This document shows, piece by piece, positions 1 to 13,400 of a DNA stretch of 64,000 nucleotides. This DNA is from Amphiscolops sp. MND2022 (lineage: Eukaryota): NCBI GenBank assembly GCA_964187785.1, contig OZ076409.1, positions 82,958,001 to 83,022,000 of the forward strand, in the 5' to 3' direction. The notes beneath the pieces are model-generated. The model saw only the letters and a list, made by a program, of their open reading frames with translations. It made no database searches and had not been told where the DNA came from. The first letter of the stretch is position 1, and each line of letters opens with the position of its first letter. The translations under genes and the position numbers were made by a program.

Positions 1-285
1 CTACACAACGAAAGTATGGAAATACCCACTTCCAAAAATTCAACAAATTTTATTCATTTGTCCCTATTGAAAGACATTACAAAAAACTTGAAATTTGAAA
101 AAACTCTTTCAAACAAAATTGGACCAGCGCTGAGATGATGGCCAAACTCGAAGAACATTATTTCCCCATTGTTAAATGCCCCGTTGGTTGTTGGGAGGTA
201 TTCGATGACAGTGGAAAAATTTCTTTCAAGCACCAACCTTGCTCACTATTTTTCCGGTTTTAAATCGTTTAATGCCAATTCTTAA

Positions 286-900
286 TTGTTGTTGACTGGA
301 TTAAGGAAGGACTGTTTGACGTTCGAGAAACTGTTTCCTAATGATCCCGAGTTGCTGATGGCGATTTATTCTTGTCAACATGTCGTTATTATGATGGAAA
401 AATTGAGGAACAGTATGTTCACATTCCAAAATCGCCGTTCCAAAGAAAGGTTGGTAATTCAGAAGAGCGTTTCGCTTCTGCCGTCTTGACCAACCGTACT
501 CTCAAGCCATTTCGTGAAAATTTTTCACAGGCTATTTACAAAATGTACCATTGGGATGCCTTCAAAGGAACTTCCACCTGTTCGATTAGTGAGACCCGGC
601 ATTTCGACATTAATGAAAACTCTCAACTGAATGAATGCTTGTATCTGAAAAATCAATAAGATACGATGCAGGTTTTCAAAAACATGGTGGAAGACGGTGA
701 AACTACTTTTCATTTTGCAGAGCAGCTCTTGAAATTAGTGGATGAGTTTGAAGTAGATGTAGAATCTGAGTTATGCAACTCATCCTTTGTGCCTTTGGGG
801 TATGCAGCATTCATGAAAAAGGTAATCAATTTCAGTCTAAACTTATTAGCGATGACAGTGAAGAGCAAATGATCAACAGTGACTCGAATGATCCAATTGA
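286..900 (+). pseudogene. Degenerate coding remnant, possibly the N-terminal region of the same Helitron-type RepHel gene as the satellite unit
   Basis: Protein-like reading TCRYYDGKIEEQYVHIPKSP...AVLTNRTLKPF...YKMY...FKGTSTC...FDI (372-659) continues in frame past a stop into MQVFKNMVED. The resemblance to Helitron N-termini is from memory only. Confidence 0.3.
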
Positions 901-1436
901 CGAAGCACATACTTCTTCATCGCCTATTACCTTCACGCAATCCGAAATGACTTCAAGTGCAGTAGTTCATTTCCCTGAGGTAACTGTCAAATCAATTATC
1001 ACTAAAACGGCGGGTGTTAGAATGTCAAACTCGAAATTAGCATGCGTAAAGTCCTTGAATAAATCGTTAGGTGCGCCCCCTGTTGTGATTCCTGTAACAT
1101 CACGTGATTGTAAGAGTTTACTCATTTTGGCATCGAATTCGTTATCTTCTTGGACAAGCTTCTGGACAGTCACACCAAAAAACCGAACGAGGTTAACTTT
1201 CGAAGTTTGTCAGGTTTCACTCACCGGAGAAGTAAAGATTACGGTGAACGTACAAAGATTCTCCTCTCAGTGTTGTCTACGTTTATAGAAGATATAAACT
1301 TGTTTACATTGTTGCAGTCCTTGAATTTTGTCGAATGTATACGCGTACAAAAGAAGTTTTCTCCAATTTGAAGTTCTCTGAACAACAAACTACCGAATTG
1401 AATGAGCAATAATCGAAGTTGGCATCGGAAAATCTA

Positions 1437-4400
1437 CATGGGCAAACTAAATTCCGGTGCGGAGATAATGATTTGCTCCCAGCTACTGACTTTCCTAATT
1501 CACAGCATGTTTGTCAATTGGCACTCAACATGGCGTTGTCCCCATAAGCATTGCAAAACTGCAGTTTGTCGGAAACACTTCAAGAATAAATTACAAAATT
1601 TCAACATGATCCCTGTAACTGGCAAAACTAAAGAAGCAGAAACAACTCAATTAAATTTCCATTCCGACGATTTGCACGTTGAAACAGATATTCTCAACGA
1701 AGCTGCTGTTTCTTCTGAAAAACACAGGATAAAACCTTACTTCGATGACAATTTACCAATTGGATTTTCCTAGGGACCCACAGATGCAGGATTGTTTAAA
1801 TGTATTTCGAGTTGAAGAAAACCTTTGACTCCGATTCAGGATTAATTGATTCCAACGAAAAATTGGAAGAGTTGATGATATTGGCCAAAAGGTTCTGACA
1901 CATGATTGTGAAGAAAGTGATTACCGATGTCAGAAAAAGTGCAATGATTTCGGACAGGCTGTCTGTCTATTCAGGGTCTACCAACCGTGTGAAGAAACTT
2001 TTTTCGAACAGATATCACGTCCTCATTCAAAAGCGTTGGAGCTACTATGCCAAATTATATTGGTTAAGCCGAAATTGATGAAAAATGTGAAATCTATAAA
2101 CCATCGCACGAACTAACCGCGGGAAGGTACATTTATGCTGCCGAAAAGGGGCGAGACTTTTTCTCCTGTTGTTCCCTCATTGTTTGCTATGCTGAAATGC
2201 AATTTCAATCGTCTTTTGTGTGACAAGATAATGTCAGCTGCCTATTTAGTGAGTATGCGGCAGGAGTAGAAGAGAGAGCAACTGTTGAAATATCAGGAAA
2301 ATCATACTCAAAAGCGAAGTTACAGTAAAGTCCATGAAGGATATAAAAATCTATGGGCCGAAATTAGCAGCGCTCAAGATTCTGACAGAAAGACCAATTC
2401 CGAACATGGGCAAACTAAATTCCGGTGCGGAGAGAATGATTTGTTCCCAACTACTGACTTTCCTAATTCACAGCATGTTTGTAAATTGACACTCAATTGT
2501 CATAACGTCTCGGCAAGGCGTTGTCCCCATGAGAATTGCAAAACTGCAGTTTGTCGGAAACACTTCAAGAATAAATTACAGAATTTCACCATTATCCCTG
2601 TAACTGGCAAAACTAAACAAGCAGAAACAACTCAATTAAATTTCCATTCCGAGGATTTGCACGATGGAAGAGATGTTCTCAACGAAGCTGCTGTCTCTTC
2701 TGAAAAACACAGGATAAAACCTTACTTCGATGACAATTTACCAATTGGATTTTTCGAGGGACCCACAGACGCAGGATTGTTCAAATGTATTTCGAGTTGA
2801 AGAAAATCTTAAAGTCCGATTCAGGATTAATTAAATCCAACGAAGAATTGGAAGAGTTGATGATATTGGCCAAAAAGGTTCTGACACATGATCGTGAAGG
2901 AAGTGATTACAGATGTCATAAAAAGTGCAATGATTTAGGACAGGCTGTCTGTCGATTCAGGGTCTACCAACCGTGTGAAGAAACTTTTTTCGAACAGATA
3001 TCACGTCCTCATTCAAAACCGTTGGAGCTACTATGCCAAATTATATTGTTTAAGCCGAAATTGATGAAAAATGTGAAATCTATAAACCATCGCACGAACT
3101 AACCGCGGGAAGGTACATTTATGCTGCCGAAACGGGGCGAGACTTTTTCTCCTGTTGTTCCCTCATTGTTTGCTATGCTGAAATGCAATTTCAATCGTCT
3201 TTTGTGTGACAAGATAATGTCAGCTGCCTATTTAGTGAGTATGCGGCAGTAGAAGAGAGAGCAACTGTTGAAATATCAGGAACATCATACTCAAAAGCGA
3301 AGTTACAGTAAAGTCCATGAAGGATATAAAAATCTATGGGCCGAAATTAGCAGCGCTCAAGATTCCGACAGAAAGACCAATTCCGAACATGGGCAAACTA
3401 AATTCCGGTGCGGAGATAATGATTTGTTCCCAACTATTGACTTTCCTAATTCACAGCATGTTTGTCAATTGACACTCAATTGTCATAACGTCTCGGCAAG
3501 GCGTTGTCCCCATGAGCATTGCAAAACTGCAGTTTGTCGGAAACACTTCAAGAATAAATTACAGAATTTCACCATTATCCCTGTAACTGGCAAAACTAAA
3601 CAAGCAGAAACAACTCAATTAAATTTCCATTCCGACGATTTGCACGATGGAAGAGATGTTCTCAACGAAGCTGCTGTTTCTTCTAAAAAACACAGGATAA
3701 AACCTTACTTCGATGACAATTTACCAATTGGATTTTCCTAGGGACCCACAGATGCAGGATTGTTCAAATGTATTTCGAGTTGAAGAAAACCTTTGACTCC
3801 GATTCAGGATTGATTCCAACGAAAAATTGGAAGAGTTGATGATATTGGCCAAAAAGGTTCTGACACATGATCGTGAAGGAAGTGATTACAGATGTCATAA
3901 AAAGTGCAATGATTTCGGACAGGCTGTCTGTCGATTCAGGGTCTACCAACCGTGTGAAGAAACTTTTTTCGAACAGATATCACGTCCTCATTCAAAACCG
4001 TTGGAGCTACTATGCCAAATTATATTGTTTAAGCCGAAATTGATGAAAAATGTGAAATCTATAAACCATCGCACGAACTAACCGCGGGAAGGTACATTTA
4101 TGCTGCCGAAACGGAGCGAGACTTTTTCTCCTGTTGTTCCCTCATTGTTTGCTATGCTGAAATGCAATTTCAATCGTCTTTTGTGTGACAAGATAATGTC
4201 AGCTGCCTATTTAGTGAGTATGCGGCAGGAGTAGAAGAGAGAGCAACTGTTGAAATATCAGGAAAATCATACTCAAAAGCGAAGTTACAGTAAAGTCCAT
4301 GAAGGATATAAAAATCTATGGGCCGAAATTAGCAGCGCTCAAGATTCCGACAGAAAGACCAATTCCGAACATGGGCAAACTAAATTCCGGTGCGGAGATA

Positions 4401-7400
4401 ATGATTTGTTCCCAACTATTGACTTTCCTAATTCACAGCATGTTTGTCAATTGACACTCAATTGTCATAACGTCTCGGCAAGGCGTTGTCCCCATGAGCA
4501 TTGCAAAACTGCAGTTTGTCGGAAACACTTCAAGAATAAATTACAGAATTTCACCATTATCCCTGTAACTGGCAAAACTAAACAAGCAGAAACAAATCAA
4601 TTAAATTTCCATTCCGACGATTTGCACGATGGAAGAGATGTTCTCAACGAAGCTGCTGTTTCTTCTAAAAAACACAGGATAAAACCTTACTTCGATGACA
4701 ATTTACCAATTGGATTTTCCTAGGGACCCACAGATGCAGGATTGTTCAAATGTATTTCGAGTTGAAGAAAACCTTTGACTCCGATTCAGGATTGATTCCA
4801 ACGAAAAATTGGAAGAGTTGATGATATTGGCCAAAAAGGTTCTGACACATGATCGTGAAGGAAGTGATTACAGATGTCATAAAAAGTGCAATGATTTCGG
4901 ACAGGCTGTCTGTCGATTCAGGGTCTACCAACCGTGTGAAGAAACTTTTTTCGAACAGATATCACGTCCTCATTCAAAAGCGTTGGAGCTCCTTTGACAA
5001 ATTATATTGGTTAAGCCGAAATTGATGAAAAAAGTGGAATCTATAAACCATCGCACGAACTAACCGCGGGAAGGTACATTTATGCTGCCGAAAAGGGGCG
5101 AGACTTTTTCTCCTGTTGTTCCCTCATTGTTTGCTATGCTGAAATGCAATTTCAATCGATTTTTGTGTGACAAGATAATGTCAGCTGCCTATTTAGTGAG
5201 TATGCGGCAGGAGTAGAAGAGAGAGCAACTGTTGAAATATCAGGAAAATCATACTCAAAAGTGAAGTTACAGTAAAGTCCATGAAGGATATAAAAATCTA
5301 TGGGCCGAAATTAGCAGCGCTCAAGATTCCGACAGAAAGACCAATTCCGAACATGGGCAAACTAAATTCCGGTGCGGAGATAATGATTTGTTCCCAACTA
5401 TTGACTTTCCTAATTCACAGCATGTTTGTCAATTGACACTCAATTGTCATAACGTCTCGGCAACGCGTTGTCCCCATGAGCATTGCAAAACTGCAGTTTG
5501 TCGGAAACACCAAGAATGAATTACAGAATTTCACCATTATATCTGTAACTGGGAAAACTAAACAAGCAGAAACAACTCAATTAAATTTCCATTCCGAGGA
5601 TTTGCACGATGGAAGAGATGTTCTCAACGAAGCTGCTGTCTCTTCTGAAAAACACAGGATAAAACCTTAATTCGATGACAATTTACCAATTGGATTTTCC
5701 TAGGGACCCACAGATGCAGGATTGTTCAAATGTATTTCGAGTTGAAGAAAACCTTTGACTCCGATTCAGGATTGATTCCAACGAAAAATTGGAAGAGTTG
5801 ATGATATTGGCCAAAAAGGTTCTGACACATGATCGTGAAGGAAGTGATTACAGATGTCATAAAAAGTGCAATGATTTCGGACAGGCTGTCTGTCGATTCA
5901 GGGTCTACCAACCGTGTGAAGAAACTTTTTTCGAACAGATATCACGTCCTCATTCAAAACCGTTGGAGCTACTATGCCAAATTATATTGTTTAAGCCGAA
6001 ATTGATGAAAAATGTGAAATCTATAAACCATCGCACGAACTAACCGCGGGAAGGTACATTTATGCTGCCGAAACGGAGCGAGACTTTTTCTACTGTTGTT
6101 CCCTCATTGTTTGCTATGCTGAAATGCAATTTCAATCGTCTTTTGTGTGACAAGATAATGTCAGCTGCCTATTTAGTGAGTATGCGGCAGGAGTAGAAGA
6201 GAGAGCAACTGTTGAAATATCAGGAAAATCATACTCAAAAGCGAAGTTACAGTAAAGTCCATGAAGGATATAAAAATCTATGGGCCGAAATTAGCAGCGC
6301 TCAAGATTCCGACAGTAAGACCAATTCCGAACATGGGCAAACTAAATTCCGGTGCGGAGATAATGATTTGTTCCCAACTATTGACTTTCCTAATTCACAG
6401 CATGTTTGTCAATTGACACTCAATTGTCATAACGTCTCGGCAAGGCGTTGTCCCCATGAGCATTGCAAAACTGCAGTTTGTCGGAAACACTTCAAGAATA
6501 AATTACAGAATTTCACCATTATCCCTGTAACTGGCAAAACTAAACAAGCAGAAACAACTCAACTAAATTTCCATTCCGACGATTTGCACGATGGAAGAGA
6601 TGTTCTCAACGAAGCTGCTGTTTCTTCTAAAAAACACAGGATAAAACCTTACTTCGATGACAATTTACCAATTGCATTTTCCTAGGGACCCACAGATGCA
6701 GGATTGTTCAAATGTATTTCGAGTTGAAGAAAACCTTTGACTCCGATTCAGGATTGATTCCAACGAAAAATTGGAAGAGTTGATGATATTGGCCAAAAGG
6801 TTCTGACACATGATTGTGAAGAAAGTGATTACCGATGTCAGAAAAAGTGCAATGATTTCGGACAGGCTGTCTGTCGATTCAGGGTCTACCAACCGTGTGA
6901 AGAAACTTTTTTCGAACAGATATCACGTCCTCATTCAAAAGCGTTGGAGCTCCTTTGCCAAATTATATTGGTTAAGCCGAAATTGATGAAAAAAGTGGAA
7001 TCTATAAACCATCGCACGAACTAACCGCGGGAAGGTACATTTATGCTGCCGAAAAGGGGCGAGACTTTTTCTCCTGTTGTTCCCTCATTGTTTGCTATGC
7101 TGAAATGCAATTTCAATCGTTTTTTGCGTGACAAGATAATGTCAGCTGCCTATTTAGTGAGTATGCGGCAGGAGTAGAAGAGAGAGCAACTGTTGAAATA
7201 TCAGGAAAATCATACTCAAAAGTGAAGTTACAGTAAAGTCCATGAAGGATATAAAAATCTATGGGCCGAAATTAGCAGCGCTCAAGATTCCGACAGAAAG
7301 ACCAATTCCGAACATGGGCAAACTAAATTCCGGTGCGGAGATAATGATTTGTTCCCAACTATTGACTTTCCTAATTCACAGCATGTTTGTCAATTGACAC

Positions 7401-10400
7401 TCAATTGTCATAACGTCTCGGCAACGCGTTGTCCCCATGAGCATTGCAAAACTGCAGTTTGTCGGAAACACCAAGAATGAATTACAGAATTTCACCATTA
7501 CATCTGTAACTGGGAAAACTAAACAAGCAGAAACAACTCATATGAATTTCCATTCCGAGGATTTGCACGATGGAAGAGATGTTCTCAACGAAGCTGCTGT
7601 CTCTTCTGAAAAACACAGGATAAAACCTTAATTCGATGACAATTTACCAATTGGATTTTTCGAGGGACCCACAGACGCAGGATTGTTCAAATGTATTTCG
7701 AGTTGAAGAAAATCTTAGAGTCCGATTCAGGATTAATTAAATCCAACGAAGAATTGGAAGAGTTGATGATATTGGCCAAAAAGGTTCTGACACATGATCG
7801 TGAAGGAAGTGATTACAGATGCCATAAAAAGTGCAATGATTTCGGACAGGCTGTCTGTCGATTCAGGGTCTACCAACCGTGTGAAGAAACTTTTTTCGAG
7901 CAGATATCACGTCCTCATTCAAAACCGTTGGAGCTACTATGCCAAATTATATTGTTTGAGCCGAAATTGATGAAAAATGTGAAATCTATAAACCATCGCA
8001 CGAACTAACCGCGAGAAGGTACATTTATGCTGCCGAAAAGGGGCGAGACTTTTTCTCCTGTTGTTCCCTCATTGTTTGCTATGCTGAAATGCAATTTCAA
8101 TCGTCTTTTGTGTTACAAGATAATGTCAGCTGCCTATTTAGTGAGTATGCGGCAGGAGTAGAAGAGAGAGCAACTGTTGAAATATCAGGAAAATCATACT
8201 CAAAAGTGAAGTTACTGTAAAGTCCATGAAGAACAAAAATCAATGGGCCGAAATTAGCAGCGCTCAAGATTCCGACAAAGACCAATTTCGAACATGGGCA
8301 AACTAAATTCCGGTGCGGAGATAATGATTTGTTCCCAACTATTGACTTTCCTAATTCACAGCATGATTGTCAATTGACACTCAATTGTCATAACGTCTCG
8401 GCAAGGCGTTGTCCCCATGAGCATTGCAAAACTGCAGTTTGTCGGAAACACTTCAAGAATAAATTACAGAATTTCACCATTATCCCTGTAACTGGCAAAA
8501 CTAAACAAACAGAAACAACTCAATTAAATTTCCATTCCGACGATTTGCACGTTGAAACAGATATTCTCAACGAAGCTGCTGTTTCTTCTGAAAAACACAG
8601 GATAAAACCTTACTTCGATGACAATTTACCAATTGGATTTTCCTAGGGACCCACAGATGCAGGATTGTTTAAATGTATTTCGAGTTGAAGAAAACCTTTG
8701 ACTCCGATTCAGGATTGATTCCAACGAAAAGTTGGAAGAGTTGATGATATTGGCCAAAAGGTTCTGACACATGATTGTGAAGAAAGTGATTACCGATGTC
8801 AGAAAAAGTGCAATGATTTCGGACAGGCTGTCTGTCGATTCAGGGTCTACCAGCCGTGTGAAGAAACTTTTTTCGAACAGATATCACGTCCTCATTCAAA
8901 AGCGTTGGAGCTACTATGCCAAATTATATTGGTTAAGCCGAAATTGATGAAAAATGTGGAATCTAAACCATCGCACAAACTAACCGCGGGAAGGTACATT
9001 TATGCTGCCGAAAAGGGGCGAGACTTTTTCTCCTGTTGTTCCCTCATTGTTTGCTATGCTGAAATGCAATTTCAATCGTCTTTTGTGTGACAAGATAATG
9101 TCAGCTGCCTATTTAGTGAGTATGCGGCAGTAGAAGAGAGAGCAACTGTTGAAATATCAGGAAAATCATACTCAAAAGTGAAGTTACAGTGAAGTCCATG
9201 AAGGATATAAAAATCTATGGGCCGAAATTAGCAGCGCTCAAGATTCCGACAGAAAGACCAATTCCGAACATGGGCAAACTAAATTCCGGTGCGGAGATAA
9301 TGATTTGTTCCCAACTATTGACTTTCCTAATTCACAGCATGTTTGTCAATTGACACTCAATTGTCATAACGTCTCGGCAACGCGTTGTCCCCATGATCAT
9401 TGCAAAACTGCAGTTTGTCGGAAACACCAAGAATGAATTACAGAATTTCACAATTATATCTGTAACTGGGAAAACTAAACAAGCAGAAACAACTCAATTA
9501 AATTTCCATTCCGAGGATTTGCACGATGGAAGAGATGTTCTCAACGAAGCTGCTGTCTCTTCTGAAAAACACAGGATAAAACCTTAATTCGATGACAATT
9601 TACCAATTGGATTTTTCGAGGGACCCACAGACGCAGGATTGTTCAAATGTATTTCGAGTTGAAGAAAATCTTAGAGTCCGATTCAGGATTAATTAAATCC
9701 AACGAAGAATTGGAAGAGTTGATGATATTGGCCAAAAAGGTTCTGACACATGATCGTGAAGGAAGTGATTACAGATGCCATAAAAAGTGCAATGATTTCG
9801 GACAGGCTGTTTGTCGATTCAGGGTCTACCAACCGTGTGAAGAAACTTTTTTCGAGCAGATATCACGTCCTCATTCAAAACCGTTGGAGCTACTATGCCA
9901 AATTATATAGTTTAAGCCGAAATTGATGAAAAATGTGAAATCTATAAACCATCGCACGAACTAACCGCGGGAAGGTACATTTATGCTGCCTAAAAGGGGC
10001 GAGACTTTTTCTCCTGTTGTTCCCTCATTGTTTGCTATGCTGAAATGCAATTTCAATCGTCTTTTGTGTGACAAGATAATGTCAGCTGCCTATTTAGTGA
10101 GTATGCGGCAGTAGAAGAGAGAGCAACTGTTGAAATATCAGGAAAATCATACTCAAAAGTGAAGTTACAGTGAAGTCCATGAAGGATATAAAAATCTATG
10201 GGCCGAAATTAGCAGCGCTCAAGATTCCGACAGAAAGACCAATTCCGAACATGGGCAAACTAAATTCCGGTGCGGAGATAATGATTTGTTCCCAACTATT
10301 GACTTTCCTAATTCACAGCATGTTTGTCAATTGACACTCAATTGTCATAACGTCTCGGCAACGCGTTGTCCCCATGAGCATTGCAAAACTGCAGTTTGTC

Positions 10401-13400
10401 GGAAACACCAAGAATGAATTACAGAATTTCACCATTATATCTGTAACTGGGAAAACTAAACAAGCAAAAACAACTCAATTAAATTTCCATTCCGAGGATT
10501 TGCACGATGGAAGAGATGTTCTCAACGAAGCTGCTGTCTCTTCTGAAAAACACAGGATAAAACCTTAATTCGATGACAATTTACCAATTGGATTTTTCGA
10601 GGGACCCACAGACGCAGGATTGTTCAAATGTATTTCGAGTTGAAGAAAATCTTAGAGTCCGATTCAGGATTAATTAAATCCAACGAAGAATTGGAAGAGT
10701 TGATGATATTGGCCAAAAAGGTTCTGACACATGATCGTGAAGGAAGTGATTACAGATGCCATAAAAAGTGCAATGATTTCGGACAGGCTGTCTGTCGATT
10801 CAGGGTCTACCAACCGTGTGAAGAAACTTTTTTCGAGCAGATATCACGTCCTCATTCAAAACCGTTGGAGCTACTATGCCAAATTATATTGTTTAAGCCG
10901 AAATTGATGAAAAATGTGAAATCTATAAACCATCGCACGAACTAACCGCGGGAAGGTACATTTATGCTGCCGAAAAGGGGCGAGACATTTTCTCCTGTTG
11001 TTCCCTCATTGTTTGCTATGCTGAAATGCAATTTCAATCGTCTTTTGTGTTACAAGATAATGTCAGCTGCCTATTTAGTGAGTATGCGGCAGTAGAAGAG
11101 AGAGCAACTGTTGAAATATCAGGAAAATCATACTCAAAAGTGAAGTTACAGTGAAGTCCATGAAGGATATAAAAATCTATGGGCCGAAATTAGCAGCGCT
11201 CAAGATTCCGACAGAAAGACCAATTCCGAACATGGGCAAACTAAATTCCGGTGCGGAGATAATGATTTGTTCCCAACTATTGACTTTCCTAATTCACAGC
11301 ATGTTTGTCAATTGACACTCAATTGTCATAACGTCTCGGCAACGCGTTGTCCCCATGAGCATTGCAAAACTGCAGTTTGTCGGAAACACCAAGAATGAAT
11401 TACAGAATTTCACCATTATATCTGTAACTGGGAAAACTAAACAAGCAAAAACAACTCAATTAAATTTCCATTCTGAGGATTTGCACGATGGAAGAGATGT
11501 TCTCAACGAAGCTGCTGTCTCTTCTGAAAAACACAGGATAAAACCTTAATTCGATGACAATTTACCAATTGGATTTTTCGAGGGACCCACAGACGCAGGA
11601 TTGTTCAAATGTATTTCGAGTTGAAGAAAATCTTAGAGTCCGATTCAGGATTAATTAAATCCAACGAAGAATTGGAAGAATTGATGATATTGGCCAAAAA
11701 GGTTCTGACACATGATCGTGAAGGAAGTGATTACAGATGCCATAAAAAGTGCAATGATTTCGGACAGGCTGTCTGTCGATTCAGGGTCTACCAACCGTGT
11801 GAAGAAACTTTTTTCGAGCAGATATCACGTCCTCATTCCAAACCGTTGGAGCTACTATGCCAAATTATATTGTTTAAGCCGAAATTGATGAAAAATGTGA
11901 AATCTATAAACCATCGCACGAACTAACCGCGGGAAGGTACATTTATGCTGCCGAAAAGGGGCGAGACATTTTCTCCTGTTGTTCCCTCATTGTTTGCTAT
12001 GCTGAAATGCAATTTCAATCGTCTTTTGTGTTACAAGATAATGTCAGCTGCCTATTTAGTGAGTATGCGGCAGTAGAAGAGAGAGCAACTGTTAAAATAT
12101 CAGGAAAATCATACTCAAAAGTGAAGTTACAGTGAAGTCCATGAAGGATATAAAAATCTATGGGCCGAAATTAGCAGCGCTCAAGATTCCGACAGAAAGA
12201 CCAATTCCGAACATGGGCAAACTAAATTCCGGTGCGGAGATAATGATTTGTTCCCAACTATTGACTTTCCTAATTCACAGCATGTTTGTCAATTGACACT
12301 CAATTGTCATAACGTCTCGGCAACGCGTTGTCCTCATGAGCATTGCAAAACTGCAGTTTGTCGGAAACACCAAGAATGAATTACAGAATTTCACCATTAT
12401 ATCTGTAACTGGGAAAACTAAACAAGCAGAAACAACTCAATTAAATTTCCATTCCGAGGATTTGCACGATGGAAGAGATGTTCTCAACGAAGCTGCTGTC
12501 TCTTCTGAAAAACACAGGATAAAACCTTAATTCGATGACAATTTACCAATTGGATTTTTCGAGGGACCCACAGACGCAGGATTGTTCAAATGTATTTCGA
12601 GTTGAAGAAAATCTTAGAGTCCGATTCAGGATTAATTAAATCCAACGAAGAATTGGAAGAGTTGATGATATTGGCCAAAAAGGTTCTGACACATGATCGT
12701 GAAGGAAGTGATTACAGATGCCATAAAAAGTGCAATGATTTCGGACAGGCTGTCTGTCGATTCAGGGTCTACCAACCGTGTGAATAAACTTTTTTCGAGC
12801 AGATATCACGTCCTCATTCAAAACCGTTGGAGCTACTATGCCAAATTATATTGTTTAAGCCGAAATTGATGAAAAATGTGAAATCTATAAACCATCGCAC
12901 GAACTAACCGCGGGAAGGTACATTTATGCTGCCGAAAAGGGGCGAGACATTTTCTCCTGTTGTTCCCTCATTGTTTGCTATGCTGAAATGCAATTTCAAT
13001 CGTCTTTTGTGTTACAAGATAATGTCAGCTGCCTATTTAGTGAGTATGCGGCAGGAGTAGAAGAGAGAGCAACTGTTGAATTATCAGGAAAATCATACTC
13101 AAAAGTGAAGTTACTGTAAAGTCCATGAAGAACAAAAATCAATGGGCCGAAATTAGCAGCGCTCAAAATTCCGACATAAAGACCAATTTCGAACATGGGC
13201 AAACTAAATTCCGGTGCGGAGATAATGATTTGTTCCCAACTATTGACTTTCCTAATTCACAGCATGTTTGTCAATTGACACTCAATTGTCATAACGTCTC
13301 GGCAAGGCGTTGTCCCCATGAGCATTGCAAAACTGCAGTTTGTCGGAAACACTTCAAGAATAAATTACAGAATTTCACCATTATCCCTGTAACTGGCAAA

